From: Histomonas meleagridis 2922-C6/04-290x
Taxonomy: Eukaryota > Protista > Parabasalia
Direction: 5' to 3'
DNA length: 64,000 bases
Assembly: GCA_020184695.1 (NCBI GenBank)
Contig: JAANOX010000030.1
Span: 1 to 64,000, forward strand
The notes under the pieces are model-generated. The model had not been told where the DNA came from, searched no databases, and worked only from the letters and a program-made list of their open reading frames with translations. Positions 10,236-21,200 of the stretch are shown piece after piece; positions within the stretch are counted from its first letter, which is position 1; every line of letters begins with the position of its first letter. A program made the translations under genes and the position numbers.

Positions 10236-10963
10236 AACGGTTAGAGATTTTTCGTGTTCGTTTGTGGAAAGTTACAAAATACATTATAAAGTATATTAAA
10301 CTTTGAGGAAATGTTTTTAATAATTTTAGGTGTAACTCAACGTATTGATTATTTATTAAAAAATTGTGTGTTTAATCCAAAATTTATGTTTTGTTTTCAT
10401 TGTTTCTTACGGTTTAACCGCTACGTACGAACAATACTCAAAACTCAAAAATTAAAAGCTCAATTCTGGGCATTGAATTCAAATTCAATCGGAATAAACG
10501 GTGATTTTTTTCGATGATGACTAAATCAAAAACGTAAATTTCAATTCATATTGATGAATTATTTTCGTTTAGGATTTGTCTTTATTAAATCCTTAATTAG
10601 AAGCAACCATTTTTTCTCATTTTTTTTAAGAAATAAGAAAGAACATTTTCATATTTTTTAAATTTAAATCATATCTAACATCAAACACATGCAGGCGTTG
10701 ATATTTAGTAAGCTTTTATAATCAAGTTATCCTTATTTTCATCAATAAATCCATTTTTACTCCATTTTTCTTATCATTTCCTATTCAAAAAATTGACTGT
10801 TTAATTGGTCAAGTAAAATCACCGCGTTCACAATTTGTGCGCGTCCAAACCCACAAAATCTTCAATATCGTCATAAAATACGATATTTATTCAAAAACTT
10901 CAAGTTTTCAGATGATTTACAAAATCTTTCATTGAAACACATTGAAAAATTAATGGAATAAGT

Positions 10964-12226
10964 TTATTCCTCATGATTTTCTTCCTGATTGAGGCTTTCT
11001 TCTTTAGGAAGTTCTTCGAAGTGATGCCAATCTATCTTCTTAAGTTCTGTAATGTCAGGCCTCTTCTCAATAACATTCTTTAATGCCTTTTCTTGTTCCT
11101 CATTAAATATAATTGACAAACAAATTCCAGGACGGCCGAATCTTCCGGCTCTTCCTGATCTGTGGATGTAAGAGTATGAATCACTAATATTTGTTCCAAC
11201 TCCTTTACAAGATGGGAATCCCCAATTAACAACTAAATATGTGTTTGGAATATCAATGCCTCTTTGAAGAACATCTGTGGCAACCAAAACTTTGATCTTC
11301 TCTTTTCTGAAATCTTGGATGACTGAATCTCTTTCACCTGGAGTAAGTTTTCCACTGAAAGCACGACATTCGAATCCGCCTTTGTTTAGGTCCTCTGCAA
11401 TAGCTTCAACTTCATCGCGACGGTTGGCGAATATATATATCTGACCGGTAGGAATGTGTTTGTTAAGCTCTAGGAGAGCATCTGTGGCTTCTTTGTGTTG
11501 TTCTTCTTTTGTTCCTTGATTAAGCATAACATACCAATGTTGGACTTTGCTTTCTTTTGGAGTTATCTTGACTTCTATTACATCACCAGCAATAGTTGAA
11601 AGGAACTTTGTGGTGTTTGGCGAAAACGTGGCTGAGAAGAATCCGAATTGACATTTCTGTTTCTTGAGTTGTTCAATGAGAAATTTTGTAGAACCTCTAT
11701 GTGATTTAGCTGTAATGAGTTCATCAGCTTCATCAATAACAAGGAATTTACATTTAGGAAATCCTTTTCGATCTTTGTACAGTTTTTGAATTGAGCCTGG
11801 AGTTCCAAAAATAAATTGAGGATTACCAACAACAATAGAATCAGTACCAACAGATACTCCACTGGTAAGTTCGATGTATTTATTGATTGGATCAAATACA
11901 TCACGTGTCTGTTTGACTAATTCGCGCGTTGGTGCTAGATAAATCGCTTGAATATCTTTCAAATTTTTATCAATAATGTTCATTATTCCCGCAAGAAATG
12001 CTATGGTTTTACCGCATCCACATGGTGCATTTGCAAGAACATTTTTTCCTGAAACAATTAATGGAAGAGCTTTAACTTGAATTTCTGAAGGATCAACAAT
12101 TCCCATGTCAGCAAGCCCTTGAATGATATCACCATTTTTGATGAAATCTGAAAATTCTGCGGAGCCTTCTTCCATGCCAAAAATGGTCCGACAAAACCGC
12201 AAAAATAATAAACGGTCAAAATCCAT
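10964..12226 (-). CDS. DEAD-box RNA helicase, Dbp5/DDX19-like
   Basis: Q motif PSEIQ, GCGKT, APTREL, DEAD, SAT, TDVLQRGID and YIHRSGRAGRFGR. The compact length and motif VI context resemble the Dbp5/eIF4A branch; the subfamily call is an inference. Confidence 0.75.
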   Translation of the reverse strand: MDFDRLLFLRFCRTIFGMEEGSAEFSDFIKNGDIIQGLADMGIVDPSEIQVKALPLIVSGKNVLANAPCGCGKTIAFLAGIMNIIDKNLKDIQAIYLAPTRELVKQTRDVFDPINKYIELTSGVSVGTDSIVVGNPQFIFGTPGSIQKLYKDRKGFPKCKFLVIDEADELITAKSHRGSTKFLIEQLKKQKCQFGFFSATFSPNTTKFLSTIAGDVIEVKITPKESKVQHWYVMLNQGTKEEQHKEATDALLELNKHIPTGQIYIFANRRDEVEAIAEDLNKGGFECRAFSGKLTPGERDSVIQDFRKEKIKVLVATDVLQRGIDIPNTYLVVNWGFPSCKGVGTNISDSYSYIHRSGRAGRFGRPGICLSIIFNEEQEKALKNVIEKRPDITELKKIDWHHFEELPKEESLNQEENHEE

Positions 12227-12535
12227 TTTTTTCTTCTTTTTGATTATTTTTATTAAAATACTATATTAATATATTTGTAAATTATGACAATGTTTCAAAA
12301 TGTTTTTTAATTTTTATTCATTTTTTGATTAATTTAATTAATTATTGATTCATTAAATTTTTGAAATATTTCATTTGTTTAAATCCCATCTCATGATTTT
12401 TAATTGAACATTCGCTGCCACATAAAAACAGATGTATACAAGTATAAATACTGATTGTACTACACAAACTAATGTGAGTAAGATTTGTTTGACACCTTCA
12501 AGAAAGAGAGTTAAACGGCCGTCCAAGTAGGCTCA

Positions 12536-13930
12536 ATGTCCTATTATGGTGGTTCTTATTATGGTTACGGCGGCTACGGCGACAAAAAAACAACATATAA
12601 TTCATACTACAACTATGGGTCTCGTTCAACAGCTGTAAAAGCTGTTTCATTACCAGATGCCCCTGGAGATACTGTTTCATGTTTAACATTTTCGTCATCT
12701 AATACATATTTAGCAGCATCTTCTTGGGATTCTACTCTTCGAGTGTGGCAGTTCAATAGTTGGAAAGCCGAACCCAAATTTTATACAACAACTCATCAAA
12801 TTCCCATTCTTCGTTGTTGTTTTGATGGTAGTGATCAAAATGTTTACTTTGGAGCAACAGATGGAAATGTTTATTGTGTTTCAATTGAGGGTACAGGGTC
12901 AGCATATAGTACTTTTTCTTTTGGTGGTAGTACAACTAATAGTTCTTCTTTAGAAACTCAAAAAACTACAAACTCAACTTTAAAAACTGGTTTTAATACA
13001 CAAACAAATTCCACAGCATCCAAGTCATTATTTCAAACAAGCACCCCCACAAATGTTGATAAGAACTTAAAAACATGTTCACCAGCTACACCAACATGCG
13101 TTCAAAGCTATTACAAAGGCTTAGGACCGATTACAGGTCTTCGCTGGTACTCACGTTTAGATGTATTAATTGTTGCAACTTCATGTGTTGATCCAGAAAA
13201 AGGTGACAGGTATGCACTAATATTTTATTATAATCCAAAAGACACATCAGTACGAATGGACACATTACGTAATCAATTATTATTATATAAGACAAATCTT
13301 AAAATCATCGATATTGACTTATATGAAGACATGTTGTACATTTGTGGAATAGAATCAAACCCCAATGCGCCATCCCAAACAAAACCATATTTATCAAGTA
13401 TAAATTTAGATGCTCAAACTATTCAAGAAAATGTCGTCCCAATTGGTATCAATGACTCTGCGCATGTTGGACAACAAATAACTTCAATAGCAGCTACAAA
13501 ACGTGGGTATATTGCTGTAAATACATTAGGTGATGCCGAATTTTCCATTGGTGGTGAATACTTTGTTCAAAATTTGTTTCGGCATGTTGCAGCAGGTAAG
13601 TGTGCACTCTATCCTGCAAATTGTGTTGCCTATAGCCCTGATCTGGAAATGGCCATTGTCTGCTCCGGTGTAAACTTCTCAATCCAGCCTGCTTCTCCTC
13701 AAATTCAATTTATAAATGCCTTAAAAGGTTATAATATGGTAAAACCTTTTCAAGGCAATGTCCCGATAACTGCTTGCGCTTTTTCGAATGGAGATGATTA
13801 TTTCGTAGTAGCGACAGGAAATGATTGGTCTAAAGGCCCACCAAAAGCACATCAAACTTTTCAAATCGGAATTTACTTGCAGAAAATTCCAGATGATGTA
13901 AAAACTGGTTTAAATGAAAGTAAAGAATAA
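12536..13930 (+). CDS. RAE1: WD40 protein, Rae1/Gle2-like mRNA export factor
   Basis: N-terminal PGDTVSCLTFSS..LAASSWDSTLRVW and C-terminal ITACAFSNGD.YFVVATGNDWSKG match the Rae1 signature termini. Confidence 0.75.
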   Translation: MSYYGGSYYGYGGYGDKKTTYNSYYNYGSRSTAVKAVSLPDAPGDTVSCLTFSSSNTYLAASSWDSTLRVWQFNSWKAEPKFYTTTHQIPILRCCFDGSDQNVYFGATDGNVYCVSIEGTGSAYSTFSFGGSTTNSSSLETQKTTNSTLKTGFNTQTNSTASKSLFQTSTPTNVDKNLKTCSPATPTCVQSYYKGLGPITGLRWYSRLDVLIVATSCVDPEKGDRYALIFYYNPKDTSVRMDTLRNQLLLYKTNLKIIDIDLYEDMLYICGIESNPNAPSQTKPYLSSINLDAQTIQENVVPIGINDSAHVGQQITSIAATKRGYIAVNTLGDAEFSIGGEYFVQNLFRHVAAGKCALYPANCVAYSPDLEMAIVCSGVNFSIQPASPQIQFINALKGYNMVKPFQGNVPITACAFSNGDDYFVVATGNDWSKGPPKAHQTFQIGIYLQKIPDDVKTGLNESKE

Positions 13931-14281
13931 AATAAAATTATTTCATAAATACCAAAAAGATAAAAAGCAAAAAATGTAATAATAATTCTTTAATTGCTTG
14001 TCAAGTTGTATCACTTACGAGCGTTTTTTATTATATATGTTTCTTAATTAGCATTAGCATCTTAAATATCGATTAACTTAAGCCATTTTTGTGATTTACT
14101 TTGAAGTGCTTCAATTATTTCGACATAGCGCGCAAATTTAAAAAGTCCAACTTAAATTCAGTCATGATAAAATAATTTTAAAGTTAGAAGATCATTAAGT
14201 TCAGTGATTATTTATAGTGGTTCACAAATGAAACCATTACGGTAACGGTGCAATGGTGTCAAAACCTCCATTTGGGCGGTT

Positions 14282-14719
14282 ATGGCTGACCTTTCGATGA
14301 AAAGTGTTCAGGTTTTCGGACGCAAGAAGACAGCAACAGCAATTGCTTACTGCAAGGAAGGCTCTGGCCTCATCAAGTTAAATGGTGTTCCACTTGGCCT
14401 TGTTGGCACTGAGACACTTAAAGCCAAACTTATGGAACCACTTCTTCTTATCGGTGAAGACAAATATAAGAACCTCGATATACGTCTTCGTTGCCATGGT
14501 GGTGGTAGTGTTGCCCAAATCTATGCAATTAGACAAGCAATTGCCAAAGCCATTGTTGCATATTACCAAAAATATGTTGACGAACAAGCTAAAGATGAAA
14601 TCAAGAAGGTTCTCTTAGATTACGATCGTACACTCCTTGTTGCAGATCCACGTCGTATGGAACCAAAGAAGTTTGGTGGTCAAGGTGCACGCGTTCGCAG
14701 ACAAATGTCATACCGTTAA
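14282..14719 (+). CDS. RPS16: 40S ribosomal protein S16 (uS9)
   Basis: [46 protein letters not shown]. Confidence 0.97.
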   Translation: MADLSMKSVQVFGRKKTATAIAYCKEGSGLIKLNGVPLGLVGTETLKAKLMEPLLLIGEDKYKNLDIRLRCHGGGSVAQIYAIRQAIAKAIVAYYQKYVDEQAKDEIKKVLLDYDRTLLVADPRRMEPKKFGGQGARVRRQMSYR

Positions 14720-15090
14720 AAGGCTTCTTTTTCCTTTTTTTTCTTTTTTAAGATAAAGGAAATGTTCTAAAACTTGTTTTCAAGAGATCTAATGAGCATT
14801 AAAAAGTGTCAATTTGTTGCACGTTAAATTTTGCAGAAAAAATATTTGAGATCTTAAAGTTACCAAAAGAATTAGAAAACATCAAATCTTTATTAACTTA
14901 AGATGAAGCTTTAGTAAGCTAATACATATGTCAAATACAAAACATTATTATCTTTTTATATTCAAATGTTTTTTCTCTGATGCGTCAAAAATAATTTACT
15001 ATATTTTGACTTTTACTTGTTTCGTTTTGAAATCAGGTTCGAACCTATTTCACTTTAAAATAAAATAGTTAAAAAATTAAGATGAATGTT

Positions 15091-15798
15091 TTAATTTTGA
15101 TCAATGTAACAGCGAAGTTGTTCACCCTCAAGAATTTCAAATGGTTCGTCAATGCCAACAACGCCAACAGCAATGGATTCGATATTTATCTCTTCTTTTG
15201 ATGAGCAATCATTGATTGCCTTTAATGCGTGTTTGATTAACGAGTCGCGATCGCAATTTTCGAACTCAGCTAAGTGTTGTTCCAAATAAGTCTTTCCGGC
15301 TTGGGCGCGTCTTCCAATTGCTTGGGCATTATACTCCCAATTCTCTCCACTTGGGCAGGTTTCGAATAAGCGAACACCATCAGAGCCAGCACCAATCATT
15401 AACAAGCCAACTCCATATGGTCTTTTATCATATTTTTGAGTTTTCTTTTGTGACCTTTCAGCAACAATATCAGCAAGCTCTACAACTTTGATTTCGCTTC
15501 CATAAGCAAATTTGTGTTGGATACATTCGTTTCTGAGTAATTTGCAAAGTCCACGGCCATCAGCTGTTAAGCCAGAAATTGCTACACCAATGTGTTCGTC
15601 AATTTTGAATATCTTTGGTTGATATGATGAAAATTCTGATGGATTATGCATAATGCATGCAAGTACTGCATGTGTTCGTGAGCGAATGGCTACTGTAGGC
15701 ATTCCTTGTTGAACAGCTTTCATGGCATTTTCTACTTGGAGAATGCGTCCTTCTGGTGAAAATGTTGTGGCATCGCCGTCGTACCTTGAGCGAAACAT
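15091..15798 (-). CDS. PSMA1: 20S proteasome alpha subunit (alpha-6 / PSMA1-type)
   Basis: MFRSRYDGDATTFSPEGRILQVENA..IDEHIGVAISGLTADGR..RPYGVGLL..LFETCPSG. Confidence 0.9.
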   Translation of the reverse strand: MFRSRYDGDATTFSPEGRILQVENAMKAVQQGMPTVAIRSRTHAVLACIMHNPSEFSSYQPKIFKIDEHIGVAISGLTADGRGLCKLLRNECIQHKFAYGSEIKVVELADIVAERSQKKTQKYDKRPYGVGLLMIGAGSDGVRLFETCPSGENWEYNAQAIGRRAQAGKTYLEQHLAEFENCDRDSLIKHALKAINDCSSKEEINIESIAVGVVGIDEPFEILEGEQLRCYIDQN

Positions 15799-16392
15799 TG
15801 GCTAATTAATTATTCAATAACTTTGTTTGAACAACTTTGGATAGAGACCGTTTACGCGGGGGTACCCCATCAAAAAGTGAAGTCAAAAAGACGGTTTGTC
15901 TTCGAGAAGAAACATTTCTCCAAAATGTTATAATCTTGTTTTCACATGAGTTTTTTACAATTTTTAGGTTTGTTAGTACAACTTATGAACTCGGTTCAGT
16001 TTTTTACTTATAATTTAATAAAAATTTGATGTCAAAAATTCAATTCTCTAATTTTAAGAAAATTCTAATTAATTAGAATATTTATCAGATTGGCTAAAGG
16101 TCTACACAAAAAAATGACCTTTAAAAAATATTTCATGTAAAGAAAACATATTTTGAGTGAATTTTCATCAACATTTATTCAAAAAGTGCCAAAGTTATTT
16201 CTGAAGGAAAAACCGCTGTCATATGTCAACGCGCGGTTTTTCTGGTGAAAAGTTATAACTTTTTGAATTAATTCAAGTATAAATTGTGAAGAGCGTCATC
16301 GTTTTTAATTGAATCTGCTCGGTTAATTTGTGTTTAAATAATGTTTAATAAAAAACAAATAACATGATAAAGGAAATCGATCTTCTAATCCG

Positions 16393-16998
16393 CTAAGTTT
16401 GAAGTTTCAAAGACCCTTCATCTGTATCATTTGTGAATGTCATCGTTAACGGGCTTTTGTGACAGTTGCTTTGAGGTGTGGGAGCAGGATAATCCCAAAA
16501 TGAAGGTAATGCTTCTGTACTTGGCATATCTGGCTTTTGATATGATGTGTTGGTAGGGATGTTATTGCATTGTGTTGTTATTTCTCCAATTCTTGACATT
16601 TTGGCAAAACACAATTTCCTAAAAGTTCTAGGTTTTCTTTCCATTCTGACCAATTGAAAATCACGAATCCTTGCGGCTTCGCGTGACGTTTTCTGGTTAA
16701 TTATTGATGAAATTCTATCTGTGAAAGAATCTGTATCACGGGTTAATGAGAGCCATCTTGAAGAATCGCTTGGCTGACTTGACTGGATTATAACCAAAAC
16801 GTCTCGAGGTTTAATTCCATAAAATTCAAAAGAAAGATTTTCACTAAGAAGTTGTCCATTAAATAGAAATGTTGCTGATTCATAAGGTGTAATTCTTTTT
16901 AAATCGGCAATAGTTGATGTTGGATAAACACTGGCTTTAATAACGCACCTTCCAGGAAAATATATGAGAAGAGGAAACTTCTTGGAAACCTGATTCAT
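16393..16998 (-). CDS. Hypothetical protein with an N-terminal ubiquitin-like domain
   Basis: TIADLK..FLFNGQLL..FYGIKPRDVLVII resembles a ubiquitin fold. Confidence 0.6.
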   Translation of the reverse strand: MNQVSKKFPLLIYFPGRCVIKASVYPTSTIADLKRITPYESATFLFNGQLLSENLSFEFYGIKPRDVLVIIQSSQPSDSSRWLSLTRDTDSFTDRISSIINQKTSREAARIRDFQLVRMERKPRTFRKLCFAKMSRIGEITTQCNNIPTNTSYQKPDMPSTEALPSFWDYPAPTPQSNCHKSPLTMTFTNDTDEGSLKLQT

Positions 16999-17714
16999 AA
17001 AGAATATTTTTTATTCACAAACATGGCGGTTTATTACAATTTTGATATCACAAACGATGGTCCACGTAGCATAACTGATCAAAAAGTTATTTTGATCGAA
17101 ATTTAGATAAAATATTAAAATAATTTTATTGATGGAAATAATTAAAATTCAAGGTTTTAAAAAAGAGACAATTTTCACAATTCAAGAAGTAATTAATTGT
17201 AAACAATTTATATTGATAAATACTTGATTCTTTGGTAAATTCACCCAAAACTTGAAGGAGACTGTTTACAATTATTATTTCAGAGAAGGATTTTCTCATA
17301 TTGAATGAGAACCGATAGTTTCCATATCGGTTTTGGCCTTAGAAAAGTAAACGAAAGTTGTGTACACAAAAAAACTGAAAACAAAATAAACGATCTCTGC
17401 GATAAAATTTTACAACAACTCTCATATTTGTTTCAATAAAATACATGTCAAGGAAAAATTGGATTTTTCAGGTAAAAATACTTAGTTAAACGAATTTTTC
17501 TCACCTAATGCGTTTATTGGTTAAGATCAGTGATAAATTATTTAATTAAAATTTTTATTTAAATTAGGTGCTTGTAATTAATCTTTAAATCTAGAAGATA
17601 ATATGTTAAAAATGCATTGTAATTTTTTTTGGCACTTTGTTAAACTTTTGAATAATGTATTGAATTTGGGTCAGCTGATTTTGATTACTTTACTTTTTTT
17701 TAGCTAAAATTTTT

Positions 17715-18059
17715 ATGGATTTTAGAAGCCCTTATCAAGGAATTGGAAGAACAATTGGAGAAACGCCAAGCAACGCAAATAATCCTGCTTCACGTGAATA
17801 CGATATTATGGATGATCAAGATGCAGAAAGTGATCTCGAAAAAGCTATTAGAATATCATTAATGGAAAGCCAGCAAAACTCACGACCAAATATCCATGAG
17901 CCTTCACATAGCCCTTCTCGTAATACATTTATTATTGAAATTCCACAAGAAATCATAAATAATATTGTTCATAATCCATTAAAATTACGTCCAATCCTTG
18001 CCAAGCTACCAGGTGTTGATCAGTTTAATCCAATATTTGATGAATTTTTCAATTCGTAA
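17715..18059 (+). CDS. Small UIM-containing protein resembling the Rpn10 C-terminal region
   Basis: DLEKAIRISLMES fits a UIM. LAKLPGVD resembles the Rpn10 C-terminal LPGVD segment. Confidence 0.5.
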   Translation: MDFRSPYQGIGRTIGETPSNANNPASREYDIMDDQDAESDLEKAIRISLMESQQNSRPNIHEPSHSPSRNTFIIEIPQEIINNIVHNPLKLRPILAKLPGVDQFNPIFDEFFNS

Positions 18060-18262
18060 TTTCGAAATTATATGTATTTCCAATTCCTTAGTTACTTCCC
18101 ACCAAGTTATTTCTTTCCTTAAGGAGTGTTATTTATTTTTTTCTCTAAAAAAACAACGCTTATCTTTATTTTCTTATTTTTTGAGAAAAATTTTGATAAA
18201 AGTATACGTTTATTTTATCATAATAACGTTTTTTCCTTCCCTGGGCTTAAATTACTTACATA

Positions 18263-21200
18263 ATGAATCCCAAATTTCAAAAAGCTCAGGATTTAGTCAA
18301 AGAATCTTCATTAACACCCCTTTTTACGACAGAAATTAAAATTAAAAGATGTATTGGTTCAAGAAAATTAATAGCAATTACAACAGAGCTAAATTTACAG
18401 ATATTCAGTAAAAGTGGTTCATTAAAGAAAAAGCTTAATTGGCTTGATATTGAAAATATAACAGGTGGGAAAAAAGGCATTTATTTTGAATTTGAAAATA
18501 ATGTTTTCACACTAACAACAGAAGATTTAGATTCTTTTGTTAACTCAATTTCAGATGCAATTAGACACATTCTTATACAAAAAGAATTGAATACAATAGG
18601 TTATTTTAAATTTAAACATTTAGATCAATTACCTTCATCATATGGAGTTCATTGTCGCTTTGAAGAATTGGTACGGAAAAATCATTTAAATCTTGATTCA
18701 AGTCAATTACTTTCGATGAGACAATTTCTATTATTTCATAGCACATTTATTGAACTCCAAAACCAAGACGTGCTATTCCTTTTTTCAAACATTGCACCTC
18801 TTTGTAATTTTGTATCAGGTGTCAAGATTTCTAATCCAATTAGTGAAGATACATATAATTTACTCAAAGAACTTGTTTCCGATTCTAATTCACTTGAACA
18901 CATTTCAATTGACTGTCCTGCTACAGACTCATTTTTTGATTTTTTAGATGAAATATCAACTTCCATGATTAATTCACTTTATTTTGAAAACTCTAGTTTT
19001 GATCAATCACACCTTGAAGCCATTGGAGAGTGTTTATGTGATAACAGGATTAATTCACTTGGATTTCACTCTTCATTTGATGCGTCACTTTTCCCCTTTT
19101 TCTGCACTTCACTATTGCCGACTTTTTCAGAGTCTTCTTTAATTTCTCTTTCTCTCAATGAAACCAAATGTATTGACATTGATTCTCTCTTTCTATCCAT
19201 ACCTTTTATCCGTATTTTATCTTTATCTAATTGTAATCTTAATATTGAAGAAGTTTTTAATGGGATCATTCGATTTCAACTTAATAAACTTGAAATGTTA
19301 AATGTATCAGAAAACTATTTTCGTTATGAACAACATAAGAAACAAATATTTCCTAAGTCATTACATTCATTAATCATAAACGATGTTCAATTTGAAGGAA
19401 ATTCATTTAATGAATTTCTTCAATTCTTTCTCTCTAATTGTAATAAAGGTACATCACTTACATTATGTAAAGCGAATGTTTCTAATGAAAGTTGGGAAAA
19501 CTTCTCTTCAAATATCGGGAAAATAAAAACTCAAAACTTAACATCACTTCGATGGGAACAAAATCGTTTATCTAAAGCATTCATTAAATTTCTTGAGAAT
19601 CAAACATCTTTAATACTTTTATCACTTTCTGGATGTTTTTCGCCAGGTAGTAATAAATATATTAATGATCTTTCATTATATTTATGTAATTCGACATTAA
19701 AAGTATTTATATGTAAAGGAATTAATGAAAATTTTTTAGGGAAAAATACAATAAAAATTATTAACGCTGTAAATTCTTCGAGCACTATAATGTTATTCGA
19801 TATATCAAATAATAAATGTGGAAATGAAATTTATGATTCTTTACGAAATTTATTTAATCGTGAGCCGAAACTTGATATTATACATTTTGATGATTCAAAT
19901 CCCGAAAACGATGAAAAAATTTCCGAATTTTTAAATGAAATTTCGAATTATAAAGAAAAAGATATAATAAGTTTTCCGATTAATGACTTACAAAATCTTG
20001 TTAATAATAATAAAATGGATTTAGATCAACTTAATGAATTAGTTTCGAAATTTCAAATCGAACTTAACGATGATTATATTCAACCTTTTTATGTATTTAA
20101 TTATGAAGATTATGATAAATATCCATTCACATTTCATCCAGATGCTATAGCTATAAAGAATAAATTATATGAAAATAATGAAGAAAAAGATGAATCTGAT
20201 ATATTCATGATACAATCAAATGATAATGACGACGATTCATTGTTAACATATTTAACAAATTCTTCAAAGAAAAGTAAAATTTTCAAAAATTTGACACAGA
20301 GTGATAACTCAAAGTTAATAAATACAAACGAAGATTTTCAATTGCATGATGAAAATGAAAAGAAAAAGAAAAAATTCCAAACGCCGCAAAATAAAAAAAG
20401 TGAAGCAGAAGATAATAAATCAAATAAGAAAACAAAACGAAAAAATTCAGAAAAAATTAAAAAATCAAAAAATAAAATGGAACAAATAAATGATGAAAAT
20501 CAAATGATTCAAACGCCTACAAAAGATAAAGAAGAAAAAGAAACTCCAAAGAAAAGTAAAAAGAAGAAAACAAATTCAACAAAATCAAAAGAGAAAATTG
20601 ATAATAACTTTGAGCTATCAGAAAGTAATGAAGAAGAAAAAACACTAAAATCAAATAAAAAGAAGAGAACACATTCAATAAGAAGCAAAGAGAATACCAA
20701 TGACATTTTTGTGTTGTCTGAGAGTTCAAATGATGAAACAATAACTGATAAAAGTAAAATAAATAATGAAACGCCAAAAAGTAAAAAGAAGAGAACGCAC
20801 TCAATAAGATCAAAAGGCAAATCAAATAAAATAAATAAAACTCCAGAAAAGAATAAAAACGAAATGGATAATGAAACGCCAAAAAGTAAAAAGAAGAGAA
20901 CACACTCAATAAGATCAAAAGATGCGAATAACGAAATAATTAAAACTCCTGAATATGATAAAATTAAAATAAATAATGAAACGCAGAAAAGTCAAAAGAA
21001 GAGAACAAACTCAATAAGATCAAAAGAAAAAAATAATAAAAATTCTAAATTATCCGAAAATGCAAACAACAAAATTGACGATAAAAGTAATGAAACTCCA
21101 AAAAGTAAAAAGAAGAGAACACATTCAATGAGATCAAAAGATGCAAAAAATGAAACAATGCAAACTCCAGAAAAGAATAAAAACGAAACTGATAATGAAA

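Noticed and set aside
15091-18059. Apparent ubiquitin-proteasome mini-cluster (proteasome alpha, UBL, UIM genes)
   Set aside because: These families are large in such genomes and two of the calls are weak, so adjacency is not distinguishable from chance.
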